Positions 1 to 9,061 of a stretch of 64,000 nt of DNA are shown here, piece after piece. A model generated the notes under the pieces. That model did no database searches. It was not told the DNA's origin and saw nothing but the letters and a program-made list of their open reading frames with translations. A program made the translations under genes and the position numbers. This stretch comes from Candidatus Doudnabacteria bacterium (GTDB taxonomy: Bacteria > Patescibacteriota > Doudnabacteria > UBA920 > O2-02-FULL-48-8), in NCBI GenBank assembly GCA_039931165.1, contig JBDTSL010000002.1, positions 71,134-135,133 on the forward strand. The letters are read 5' to 3'. Position 1 is the first letter of the stretch; each line of letters starts with the position of its first letter.

Positions 1-39
1 CTGAATACTGGATACTTTATACTTAATACTTTAAACTAT

Positions 40-261
40 ATGCCCGCACCAATGAATGTAAAAAAGCCGTGCCTGTTCTGTACCGAGAAGATCTCCTTCG
101 TCGATTATAAAGACACGCAGTTCATGCGCCGCTTCATGTCCCCGCATGCCAAAATCCTGTCATCCAATAGAACCGGCACCTGCGCCAAGCATCAGCGCAT
201 GGTCAGTCAAGCTCTCAAAAGAGCAAGGCACATGGCACTGCTGCCGTTTGTAAGCACTTAA
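40..261 (+). CDS. rpsR: 30S ribosomal protein S18 (zinc-binding type)
   Basis: CLFC...VDYKD...RTGTCAKHQR...ARHMALLPF is the S18 signature. Confidence 0.97.
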   Translation: MPAPMNVKKPCLFCTEKISFVDYKDTQFMRRFMSPHAKILSSNRTGTCAKHQRMVSQALKRARHMALLPFVST

Positions 262-340
262 ATAGTATAAAGGGAAAAGTATAAAGTATTAAGGACTTTA
301 TATCGCCCTTTATACTTTCCCCTTCATACTTTATACTTTT
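262..340. repeat. 7-bp-periodic inverted array (AGTATAA-type / TTATACT-type)
   Basis: Left arm AGTATAA AGGGAAA AGTATAA AGTATTA is complementary to right arm CTTTATA CTTTCCC CTTCATA CTTTATA. A similar array is at 1-38. Confidence 0.8.
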
Positions 341-342
341 TT

Positions 343-915
343 ATGGCTGTTTTAGATTTCTCCGACCTCAAAGGAACGGGACAAATTATCAAATTCAACG
401 ATGAACCATACCAGATTATCTGGTCTAATTTTATGCGCACGGCCCAGAGAAAACCGGTGATCCAGGCCAAGCTGCGCAACCTCATGACCGGTAAAGTCAT
501 GGAATACTCGTTTAAATACGGGGAAAAAATCCCGGAGGCTGACGTGGTCAAGCGGAAATGCCAATACCTTTACTCGGACGATGAAGGCGCGCACTTTATG
601 AACCCGGAAACTTTCGAGACGATCATGGTGCCCAAAGCTTTGGTCGAAGACCAGATCAAGTTTCTGAAAGATGGCACTGAGACAGTGATCATGTTTTTTG
701 AAGACAAACCGATAGCTCTCGACCTGCCGGTTAAGATCGATCTCAAGGTCACGGAAACCGCTCCCGGAATCAAAGGCGACACAGCCACCGGCGGCACCAA
801 ACCCGCGACCCTCGAAACCGGGCACGTAGTCAATGTTCCCCTGTTTATCAAAGAAGGCGATACGGTCAGGATTGATACGCGGTCCGGCAATTACGTGGAA
901 CGGGCAAGCCAGTAG
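343..915 (+). CDS. efp: Elongation factor P
   Basis: C-terminal PGIKGDTATGGTKPATLETG...VPLFI...DTRSGNYVER. Confidence 0.96.
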   Translation: MAVLDFSDLKGTGQIIKFNDEPYQIIWSNFMRTAQRKPVIQAKLRNLMTGKVMEYSFKYGEKIPEADVVKRKCQYLYSDDEGAHFMNPETFETIMVPKALVEDQIKFLKDGTETVIMFFEDKPIALDLPVKIDLKVTETAPGIKGDTATGGTKPATLETGHVVNVPLFIKEGDTVRIDTRSGNYVERASQ

Positions 916-943
916 AATCTGGAATTTAGAATATAGAATATAG

Positions 944-996
944 AAAAAATCCTCTCCCGACTTCCGCCAGTTGGCGGACGGGAGAGGATTTTTTTA
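944..996. terminator. Bidirectional intrinsic terminator between convergent genes, with a 16-bp hairpin in its loop
   Basis: AAAAAATCCTCTCCCG...CGGGAGAGGATTTTTT. Confidence 0.85.
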
Positions 997-1002
997 TTTA
1001 TC

Positions 1003-1368
1003 TTACGGTGTGACAATTACCGAGCCATGCATGCTTGGATTCGTATGATCATGGAAACCCCAGGTGCCCACTTTTGTGAAAGTATAGGCATAAGTGTTGC
1101 CTGTCGCGATTGTTTGCAAGGCATCAAATCCGGGAAGAACAGTATGCAGAGGATGCGGATTGGAAGCCACCCAATGCCCTTCAGTGTCGGTATTTTTAAA
1201 CACTACCGTAGTGCCGGCTTTGACCGTTATATCGGCCGGGATGAATCCGCTGGACGTCATATCGATCTCGGTTGTGCCGCTTAGCACCTGGGTAGAGACT
1301 TGAGATTTATTATTGCATCCCGCGGCAAGAAGAACCAGGCCCAGTCCCACGAAAATTATCTTTCTCAT
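1003..1368 (-). CDS. Cupredoxin/plastocyanin-like lipoprotein
   Basis: Lipobox LAAGC; FIPADITVKAGTTVVFKN; YTFTKVGTWGFHDH...MHGSVIV. Confidence 0.85.
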   Translation of the reverse strand: MRKIIFVGLGLVLLAAGCNNKSQVSTQVLSGTTEIDMTSSGFIPADITVKAGTTVVFKNTDTEGHWVASNPHPLHTVLPGFDALQTIATGNTYAYTFTKVGTWGFHDHTNPSMHGSVIVTP

Positions 1369-1371
1369 CTA

Positions 1372-2613
1372 TTATATTCCCCTGTCACGCATGGCCTGGG
1401 CTATGCGATTAATTGCCAAAATAAACGCCGCGTTGCGAAAATCCGTGTGATATTTTTCTTTGGCGGAGACAACTCCTTTCCATGCCACGAACATGTAACT
1501 TGTCAGTTTTTTCAGCACCTCGGCTTTGCTCCAATAATTCCCGCTTAAGTTCTGCGACCATTCCAGATAAGAGGTTGCCACACCGCCGGAATTCGCCAGC
1601 ACATCCGGAATGACCCAAATACCTTTCTTACGCAATATTATATCAGCTTCCGGCGCGGTCGGTCCATTGGCCATTTCCAAGACCAGTTTTGCTTTGATCT
1701 TTTTGGCATTGCCTTTATGAATCTGGTTCTCAAGAGCCGCCGGCACCAGAACGTCCACGGGCAATTCCAAAAGTTTTTCATTTGTGACATCAACCGTGCC
1801 AGGAAACCCTTTCAATCCTCCCCGCTCCCGCTTATGGTCGTGGATTTTTTTTATATCGAGCCCACGGGGGTTGTAAATTCCGCCCTTGGAATCGGACAGC
1901 GCCACAACCCTAAAACCGGCCTCGACCGCGAGTTGCGCAAAGAACGACCCGACATTGCCGAAACCCTGAACCGCGATGCTCGTTCCTTTTTTTAGTTTCA
2001 AAGCTTTTGCCGCAAGTTTCAAAATCTCGACCCCGCCAAACCCGGTCGCTTCCTCGCGGCCTTGCGACCCGCCCATACTTAGAGGTTTTCCGGTGATCAC
2101 CGCCGGCGTAAACTTACCGACCAGCTTGGAATATTCGTCCACCATCCAGCCCATGATCTGCGGAGTGGTGTTGACATCGGGTGCTGGCACATCGACATTT
2201 GGACCGATGTCTTTATAAATCAGGTCTATAAATTTCCGGCTTAGCCGTTCCAGTTCGCCTACTGACAGTTTTTTCGGATCGACGATAATCCCGCCCTTGC
2301 CTCCGCCGTAAGGCACGCCTACCACCGCGTTTTTTATGCTCATCCAAAAAGCCAGTGCCTTGACCTCGTCCATATTCACCTTCGGATGATAGCGCAGCCC
2401 GCCTTTGAAAGGCCCTCTGGCGTCATTATATTGCACCCTGAAGCCGACAAAGATTTTTGTCTCGCCGTTATCCATCCTTACCGGAATCGAAACTTCGATA
2501 ATTCTGGCGGGATGTTTCAGCAAGGTATGGATTTCTTTATTTAAGCTTAAAGCCTTCGCGGCATTATCCAGCTGCCGCATGGCCGATTTGAACGGATTGA
2601 TCTTAATTGGCAT
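1372..2613 (-). CDS. gdhA: Glu/Leu/Phe/Val dehydrogenase (glutamate dehydrogenase)
   Basis: GPFKGGLRYHP, YGGGKGG, VPAPDVNT, QGFGNVG. Confidence 0.95.
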   Translation of the reverse strand: MPIKINPFKSAMRQLDNAAKALSLNKEIHTLLKHPARIIEVSIPVRMDNGETKIFVGFRVQYNDARGPFKGGLRYHPKVNMDEVKALAFWMSIKNAVVGVPYGGGKGGIIVDPKKLSVGELERLSRKFIDLIYKDIGPNVDVPAPDVNTTPQIMGWMVDEYSKLVGKFTPAVITGKPLSMGGSQGREEATGFGGVEILKLAAKALKLKKGTSIAVQGFGNVGSFFAQLAVEAGFRVVALSDSKGGIYNPRGLDIKKIHDHKRERGGLKGFPGTVDVTNEKLLELPVDVLVPAALENQIHKGNAKKIKAKLVLEMANGPTAPEADIILRKKGIWVIPDVLANSGGVATSYLEWSQNLSGNYWSKAEVLKKLTSYMFVAWKGVVSAKEKYHTDFRNAAFILAINRIAQAMRDRGI

Positions 2614-2618
2614 ACTTT

Positions 2619-3542
2619 TTACCCCTGATCCATATGAAGATATTTTTCCGCGTCGAGGGCGGCCATGCAGCCCCAGCCGGCGGCGGTCACAGCCTGCCTA
2701 TACCGATAATCGCGGACATCGCCCGCCACGAAAACTCCCTCGACATTGGTTTTGGTCTGATCAATGGGCTCTATATAACCTTTGGCATCAAGTTTGAGCT
2801 GGCCCGCAAAAATTTCCGTGTTCGGTTTGTGGCCAATGGCAATAAACGCCCCTTCGATCGGACGTTCCTCAATCTTGCCCGAAATTGAATCTTTCACTTT
2901 CACACCCGCGAGGCGGTCACTGCCTAAAAACTCTTCCACGGCTTTATTGTATTCAATGCTTATCTTCGGATTCGCTTTGGCCCTGTCCTGCATGATCTGG
3001 GAGGCCCGCAGTTTATCGCTCCGGTTCAGTATTGTAACTTTTTTTGCGAATTTCGTCAGATATAAAGCTTCTTCCAACGCCGCGTCGCCGCCGCCCACGA
3101 CAATTATGTCCTTTTCCTTGAAAAAAAATCCGTCGCAGGTGGCGCAGGAGGAAATTCCTTTACCGCGGAATTTTTCTTCCGAAGGCAGGCCCAGCCAGAT
3201 CGAGGAAGCGCCGGTGGCGACAATGATGCTTTCGGTTTGATAAGTCTTGCTCCCCGATGTAACGCTGAATGGCTTTTGGCCAAATTCAACTTTGACAGCA
3301 TCTTCAAAAATAATCTCCGCGCCAAACCTCTTTGCCTGATCGATCATTTTTTGCATCAATTCCGGACCCTGAACTCCTTCGGGAAATCCCGGAAAATTCT
3401 CCACTTCCGACGTGATCATCAGTTGTCCGCCGTAAGTAAACCCGCCGATGACCAAAGGCTTGAGATTGGCTCTGGCCGCGTATAGGGCGGCAGTAAGGCC
3501 AGCCGGGCCGGAACCAATGATGATGAGCTTATGCGTATCCAT
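2619..3542 (-). CDS. trxB: Thioredoxin reductase
   Basis: GSGPAG, CATCDG, GGGDAALEEA, AGDV...RQAVTAAG. Confidence 0.96.
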   Translation of the reverse strand: MDTHKLIIIGSGPAGLTAALYAARANLKPLVIGGFTYGGQLMITSEVENFPGFPEGVQGPELMQKMIDQAKRFGAEIIFEDAVKVEFGQKPFSVTSGSKTYQTESIIVATGASSIWLGLPSEEKFRGKGISSCATCDGFFFKEKDIIVVGGGDAALEEALYLTKFAKKVTILNRSDKLRASQIMQDRAKANPKISIEYNKAVEEFLGSDRLAGVKVKDSISGKIEERPIEGAFIAIGHKPNTEIFAGQLKLDAKGYIEPIDQTKTNVEGVFVAGDVRDYRYRQAVTAAGWGCMAALDAEKYLHMDQG

Positions 3543-3609
3543 AGTTTAGTTAGTAGTAGGTAGTTAGTAGTAGGTAGTCTACATACTACCTCACTACGTA
3601 CTACCTACT
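3543..3609. repeat. 7-bp-periodic inverted array (TAGTAGG / CCTACTA type)
   Basis: TAGTTAGTAGTAGGTAGTTAGTAGTAGGTAG followed by the complementary CTACATACTACCTCACTACGTACTACCTACTA. Confidence 0.8.
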
Positions 3610-4565
3610 CACTTAATTCTCTTAATTTGCGTCCAATCGCTAGACAAACCTACACTGCCTTTTTTCCGCATCATCCAATCATAACATGCCAATGCCGCAG
3701 CTGCTCCTTCTCCGGCGGAGACCACAGCCTGCTTGTACGGCCGGTTGGTCGCATCACCTGCGGCAAAAATTCCGGCGCAGGAAGTGGTTTGATCTGAATC
3801 CACGACTATTTGTTCCTGCTCATCTAACTTTACTATATTTTGCAAAAAATGGGAATTAACAATGTATCCGAGCTCGACGAATAGTCCGTGCAAAAAAAGC
3901 TCTTCCTGTCTGCCTGTTTTCAGATGCATAAGCTTGATGCCGGACAATATTGTTTCTCCCATGATCTCTTGGATCTGAATGAAAGGCACTAATTCCACGT
4001 TTTTTTTCTTAAACAATGCTTTAGTCAACTCGGAATGCGCCAGCAGTTTGTCGGTTTTGGACAAGATATAAACTTTTTTGGCGTATTTTGCGCACAACAA
4101 GCCCGCGTCAGCCGCGATATCCCCTATTCCGGCGATGGCCACCACTTTGCCTTTGAACAATGGCGCGTCGCAAGTGGCGCAATACGAAATTCCTTTACCT
4201 TTAAGGGCCTGTTCGCCCGGTATTCCCAGATCCCTGGGTGTTTTCCCGTACGCCAATATCAACCCTTGGCTTTTGTATTGCTTGCCATAAGCCGTCACCA
4301 CAAAAGCATCAGGCGAGGTTTTTAGTTTTGTCACTTCCGACTGCAAATATTCCGCCCCAAATTTTTCCGCCTGGTTCCTGATCTGGTTGACCAGTTCAAA
4401 CCCGCCAATTTCTTCAATCCCAGGAAAATTTTCAATCGTATCGGTATAATTCGCCTGGCCTGCGACATCCTTGCCGATGACCAGAGTTTTCAGCCCCCGG
4501 CGAGACGCAAATAAAGCTGCTGAAAATCCGGCCACACCCGCTCCGATAATTATGACATCAAACAT
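3609..4565 (-). CDS. Thioredoxin reductase-like FAD-dependent oxidoreductase (divergent paralogue)
   Basis: GAGVAG, YCATCDAP, AAGD...KQAVVSAGEG; the NADPH-binding motif is altered (GIGDIA). Confidence 0.88.
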   Translation of the reverse strand: MFDVIIIGAGVAGFSAALFASRRGLKTLVIGKDVAGQANYTDTIENFPGIEEIGGFELVNQIRNQAEKFGAEYLQSEVTKLKTSPDAFVVTAYGKQYKSQGLILAYGKTPRDLGIPGEQALKGKGISYCATCDAPLFKGKVVAIAGIGDIAADAGLLCAKYAKKVYILSKTDKLLAHSELTKALFKKKNVELVPFIQIQEIMGETILSGIKLMHLKTGRQEELFLHGLFVELGYIVNSHFLQNIVKLDEQEQIVVDSDQTTSCAGIFAAGDATNRPYKQAVVSAGEGAAAALACYDWMMRKKGSVGLSSDWTQIKRIK

Positions 4566-5400
4566 GGAATTTTTTTATGAAGGATGCATTCGCAACAACG
4601 TTCTCAAGCAACTTGGCCACAGTGATCGGCCCGACTCCTCCGGGGGTCGGAGTGATCAGCGACGCGACATTTCTAACATTTTCGAAGTTTACATCGCCGT
4701 GCATTTTTTTATTGACAAACGACACGCCGGCGTCAATCACAATTGTCCCTTTATTGACCATGCGAGCCTGAATTAAATTAGCTTTACCGACTCCGGTTAC
4801 TAAAATATCGGCCTTGCGGGTCAACTCTGCCAAATTCCTGGTATCTTTATTGCAGGTGGTGAGAGTAACCGGCAAATGCATGAGCAGATTTGCCAAGGGC
4901 CTGCCGATCAGGTCTCCCTGGCCGACCAGGACGATATGTTTGCCGCGCAAATTGACGTGGTAATAGTCTAAAATTTCAAGAACCGCGCCCGGGCTTGGCG
5001 GAGTGAGAGTGTTTTCCGCGATCACCAATTTACCCAGCGATTCCCAGGTCAAAAAATCCACGTCTATTTCGGGATTGATCGCGTTGAGGATTTTTTTCTT
5101 GTCCAAATTTTTTGGCAGAGGAAGCTGAACGATTATGCCCGACAGATCCTGCTTCTGGATCTTTTTGATCGCGGCGATCAATTTGTCCTGCTTGATGGTG
5201 GACGGAAATTTATACAGAGAAAATTTTACGCCAATGCCGAGCGCGGCTTCCTGTTTTTTGCGGACATAGGTTTCCGACGGCTTGTCGGAGCCGACCAAAA
5301 CCACAGCCAAATGCGGCCGCAGTTTCAATTTTTGGATCTGCACTTTCAACCGGTGTAAAATTTTTTGGGCGATTAATTTGCCGTTGACGATTTGAGTCAT
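4558..5400 (-). CDS. folD: Bifunctional methylenetetrahydrofolate dehydrogenase/cyclohydrolase
   Basis: YVRKKQ, GIIVQLPLP, GDV, ITPTPGGVGPITVA. Start is the ATG at 5400 or 5412. Confidence 0.93.
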   Translation of the reverse strand: MTQIVNGKLIAQKILHRLKVQIQKLKLRPHLAVVLVGSDKPSETYVRKKQEAALGIGVKFSLYKFPSTIKQDKLIAAIKKIQKQDLSGIIVQLPLPKNLDKKKILNAINPEIDVDFLTWESLGKLVIAENTLTPPSPGAVLEILDYYHVNLRGKHIVLVGQGDLIGRPLANLLMHLPVTLTTCNKDTRNLAELTRKADILVTGVGKANLIQARMVNKGTIVIDAGVSFVNKKMHGDVNFENVRNVASLITPTPGGVGPITVAKLLENVVANASFIKKFHV

Positions 5401-5491
5401 ATGAGCCCTCATATTTTATCATTTTGGGGCCAAAACAAAAAGAGGCCATAATGCTATAATAAGTAACGATTATTCAGTTTTTTCGATAAAA

Positions 5492-6025
5492 ATGATACAA
5501 GAAAAAGACATACAAAACTTGGTTAGTCAGGCCCAAGAGGGCGATTCGGAGGCCTTTGGCCGGATTTATGACATTTTTTCGAAGCAGATTTACAACTTTT
5601 TATTCGGCAAGCTGAGACACCGGCAAACCGCGGAAGATCTGACTCACACCGTTTTTCTGAAGGCCTGGACCAATTTACGGTCATATAAACCCCGTTCCAG
5701 CGCCAAATTCTCCACTTGGCTTTATCAGATCGCCAACTTCACCCTGATCGATCACTGGCGGACCAGGAAAACTACAGCCGAACTTTCAGATATTGAAAAT
5801 TTGGCCCGGTTTGCCGAAGATCCTAAGCTTTATGAAGAATACGAATATCTTTGGATCGCCATTTCTGAACTTCCGCTGGAGTATCAGACGGTTTTGGACT
5901 TGAGGTTCAAACAGGCATTATCCGTGGAAGAAACCGCGCAAATAATGGACAAAAGCCGTGTCGGCATCCGAGTCCTGCAACATCGCGCCTTGAAAGCGCT
6001 CAAATCCAAGCTCAAACATTTATGA
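5492..6025 (+). CDS. ECF RNA polymerase sigma-70 factor
   Basis: AEDLTHTVFLKAW, FSTWLYQIA, C-terminal HTH (SVEETAQIM...RVLQHRAL). Confidence 0.93.
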   Translation: MIQEKDIQNLVSQAQEGDSEAFGRIYDIFSKQIYNFLFGKLRHRQTAEDLTHTVFLKAWTNLRSYKPRSSAKFSTWLYQIANFTLIDHWRTRKTTAELSDIENLARFAEDPKLYEEYEYLWIAISELPLEYQTVLDLRFKQALSVEETAQIMDKSRVGIRVLQHRALKALKSKLKHL

Positions 6026-6750
6026 ACCTCTTCAGCCGCAAATCCAATCAAGACCTGATCGAACAGCTGGCGAAATCCCGGCAGGATTTTCAGTTTGACC
6101 GCTTCGGCATAAAAAATAAATTGCTCATGAGCCTGGAAAACTCTCCGGAGGAGCCTGTTGCCCATAAATTTTTCACGATCAGGCTGATAAAATATTCCGC
6201 GACATTTGCCGGTCTGTTAATTTTTCTTTCAACCGCGCTTAGTTTTGCCTCAACCGCGAAACCTGGCGATAAATTATTTCCTCTCAATAAACTGGAGGAA
6301 AAAATGATTTTGAACCTGCCGCTGTCAGCGGAACAAAAAGCCGATCTGCAAGTGCGAATAGTCAGCAAACGGCTGGAGGCGCTGAAAGCAGTGGAAAATA
6401 CAACCAACAACGTAAGGCTTCAGGCCAAACAATTGGAGACAGTGAAAGAATCAGACGCAAGCATTAAACAAGCCGTGGACAGCGTGTCCGCCAATAAAAA
6501 CGCGCTCAAGGGTCCTGGTAAAACCGCGACCGAGCAAAAGCTTGACCAAGTGTTAAATCAGATCGATGATCTGGCCCAAAAACACGAGCAGCGGATCCAA
6601 AGCTTGGAAGACTCCGCGTCTGATAAAAACATTAAGCAATCGCTTAACCAGCATCTGAATGAAATAAAAAATTCCAGGCACAAGGCTCAGAATGAGATAA
6701 AATCGCAAGACCACCGGGACCCGGATCATGAAAAAAAATCCGGCGATTAA
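6022..6750 (+). CDS. Single-TM putative anti-sigma factor (DUF5667-like)
   Basis: Overlaps the sigma stop (ATGA); TM segment, then AKPGDKLFPLNKLEE motif and a helical C-terminus. Confidence 0.7.
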   Translation: MNLFSRKSNQDLIEQLAKSRQDFQFDRFGIKNKLLMSLENSPEEPVAHKFFTIRLIKYSATFAGLLIFLSTALSFASTAKPGDKLFPLNKLEEKMILNLPLSAEQKADLQVRIVSKRLEALKAVENTTNNVRLQAKQLETVKESDASIKQAVDSVSANKNALKGPGKTATEQKLDQVLNQIDDLAQKHEQRIQSLEDSASDKNIKQSLNQHLNEIKNSRHKAQNEIKSQDHRDPDHEKKSGD

Positions 6751-7517
6751 CCCTCCAGGTAAGCGGCTAATCCTGATAAAAATTCCTTCCTGGTCTCCAG
6801 TTGGCGCTTAACCCCTTCCCAGACCAGCTGTTTGGTATCGCGATCGAACACGATCTTATCCAGGATATGGCTTGAATTCACCACGTAATTGGCGCCGGAA
6901 TTGCCTTGTGTCGACAAAATCTCCAGGTCTTTATTGCCGAGGGCGGTATTTTTTTTGAGCATTTCCAGGATCGCCAGATTCTCCTCCTTGACCGCCCGCT
7001 CGGCAGCGGCGTATGCCCCGACCGCGGTTTGCCATTCGGATGACGAATAGACATCCGACATCTCGGCGATATAATTCCGGGTTTGCTCTTTCAGCACTGC
7101 CCGTCCGATGTCTTCTGTCTTCAGACCCAGCGCCAAAAGCAAGTACTGCCAAAGCGCGCGGTGGGCAGTGCCTTCCGGATCTTCCTGCCTTTTTTTATCC
7201 AGGATTTCTAAAGCGCTTTCGGCGGTCGGATCGTCTGATTCGGATAAATTGGCGATCGCGAAACGCAAAAATCCCGGATCGCCTTCTCTGGCGCCCAAAA
7301 AAGCCTCGGCCGCCAAAAATTTCTGGAGCATGAATTTTTTTATCTTCTCCGGCCTTGGTTTCGCTGCCTTTATCCGGATAACCGCTGGCCAGGCTTTTAT
7401 TTGCCGGCTGATGTGATCCATGAGCCATTCTATAAACTGTTCGCCCATGAATTGATCCACTGCCTGCTCGGGATTATTTATGATATTGGTATTGTCGGTT
7501 AGCTCATTCATGCTCAT
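6747..7517 (-). CDS. Heme-oxygenase-like (PqqC/TenA/CADD fold) protein, degenerate
   Basis: AHRALWQYLLLALG and AVGAYAAAE resemble HO-like helices. Confidence 0.5.
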   Translation of the reverse strand: MSMNELTDNTNIINNPEQAVDQFMGEQFIEWLMDHISRQIKAWPAVIRIKAAKPRPEKIKKFMLQKFLAAEAFLGAREGDPGFLRFAIANLSESDDPTAESALEILDKKRQEDPEGTAHRALWQYLLLALGLKTEDIGRAVLKEQTRNYIAEMSDVYSSSEWQTAVGAYAAAERAVKEENLAILEMLKKNTALGNKDLEILSTQGNSGANYVVNSSHILDKIVFDRDTKQLVWEGVKRQLETRKEFLSGLAAYLEG

Positions 7518-7579
7518 AGTTTAGTCATGATTGCTTATTTGCGCAACAGTGCTTTTAGGTTATGATGTAAACGCAAGTT

Positions 7580-8401
7580 ATGCTCCGACTTACAAAAAAA
7601 TTTATCAAAAGCCGCGACGGTAAGGACCTCTACTACGAGGTGCGCGCTGCAGGGACGGACAAGCCAACCCTATTTTTCCTGCATGGGGTCGGCGGTGATC
7701 TGGATGCCTGGCACTTTGTCGAAAGCGCGCTTAACGCCCAAGGCTTTTCGAGCATTGCCATGGATCTGCGCGGCCACGGACACTCCGCCCATCCCGATAA
7801 GGCAGAAAGTTATGGGATCAATCACCTGGTTGAGGATGTGAGTGTAATTTTAAGGCAGGAGAAGCCCGATAAAATCATTTTGATCGGCCATTCGTTCGGC
7901 GCGATCGTGGCTTACCACTTTGCCCAAGCTTTCCCGGAATCCTTGAAAAAATTGGTTCTAATCTCCCCGATTTTCCATGCTCCTGCTTATTTGAGATCAG
8001 GAGGTTCGAAGAAATTGGCTCACAAGGCAATTGACGTTTTGGCCGGCCTTTCGCCTAAGCCCATCCGCCCCGGACATTCTAAGTATCCGGCCGGCAAATT
8101 CCATAAAGACTATGAAATATTCGGTTTAATTAGGACAATTATGCGGAATTCACTGAAAAGTTACCTGTTGAACTCCAAAATTTCAATAGATCTGGATTCG
8201 GAATCAAACGCTCACCAGCTTCAAACCGAAACCTTGATCATCGCCGGGGACAAAGACAGCGTTTTCCCCGTGGAAAGCACAAAAAGAATTCAATCTAAAA
8301 TCCCGAGGTCAAAAATAGAAATAATCGAGGGCGGCAATCACGTGGTTATTCTCAATAACGCGGATGAAGTTACCCGTTCAATACTGAACTTTTTGAAATA
8401 A
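7580..8401 (+). CDS. Alpha/beta fold hydrolase
   Basis: LHGVGG, DLRGHGHS, nucleophile GHSFG, GDKD, GNHV. Confidence 0.92.
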   Translation: MLRLTKKFIKSRDGKDLYYEVRAAGTDKPTLFFLHGVGGDLDAWHFVESALNAQGFSSIAMDLRGHGHSAHPDKAESYGINHLVEDVSVILRQEKPDKIILIGHSFGAIVAYHFAQAFPESLKKLVLISPIFHAPAYLRSGGSKKLAHKAIDVLAGLSPKPIRPGHSKYPAGKFHKDYEIFGLIRTIMRNSLKSYLLNSKISIDLDSESNAHQLQTETLIIAGDKDSVFPVESTKRIQSKIPRSKIEIIEGGNHVVILNNADEVTRSILNFLK

Positions 8402-8489
8402 AAGTATAAAAAAACTTGATTAAAAATGAAAATTGTGCTATAATATATATGTAAATGAAATCTTTGACTGAAACTAAAATAAAAACAAA

Positions 8490-8969
8490 ATGGAACAAGA
8501 AGAAGTTAATAATATCAGCGCGCTTTTCAAAAAACCGCTTGTCCCAACTCCACAATTAGACAAACCGACGGTAAGGAATACTCCGCCGCCGAGTAATGTC
8601 CGTACTCCGGCACCAACCACCGATCGCTTTGCCCAAGTCCGCGAGACAGCACGCAAAACGCAAATCAGCGCTCCTGTAAAAAATAATCCGGTCAAAAAAG
8701 ATTTTGGCGTGATCGATTTTTCAAAAAAAAGTGTCGTGCGCGGCGTATCCAATACTGAAAAAACCCGCTCTCAGCTCTACAAACAGCTGGGTGGCGTATT
8801 TAACAGCTCAACACAGAGATCAGAGGTTACCAAAGAATTGGGCCGTCAGATTTCATCCGGCGGCATAGTCACTAGAGGTAGTGCGAAAAAAGCCCTTTGG
8901 AATTTGCAAAAAGCCGGGAAGCTTACAAGCGGACAAGTCAGCCGCACCTTCAAAAAATTGGGAATGTGA
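8490..8969 (+). CDS. Hypothetical protein (Pro/Thr-rich N-terminus, basic C-terminal domain)
   Basis: 159-aa ORF downstream of a TTGATT-N17-TATAAT promoter. Confidence 0.65.
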   Translation: MEQEEVNNISALFKKPLVPTPQLDKPTVRNTPPPSNVRTPAPTTDRFAQVRETARKTQISAPVKNNPVKKDFGVIDFSKKSVVRGVSNTEKTRSQLYKQLGGVFNSSTQRSEVTKELGRQISSGGIVTRGSAKKALWNLQKAGKLTSGQVSRTFKKLGM

Positions 8970-9014
8970 TCTGGAAGTAAAAAATTTAAATTAAAAATTC
9001 AATCAAAACTAGGC

Positions 9015-9043
9015 TTGAAAAATTAAGCCTTTTTTTGTATAAT
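9015..9043 (+). promoter_or_regulatory. Sigma-70 promoter for the tRNA-Glu/GIY-YIG locus
   Basis: TTGAAA-N17-TATAAT. Confidence 0.75.
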
Positions 9044-9061
9044 AACCTAGCTTTAGTTATG

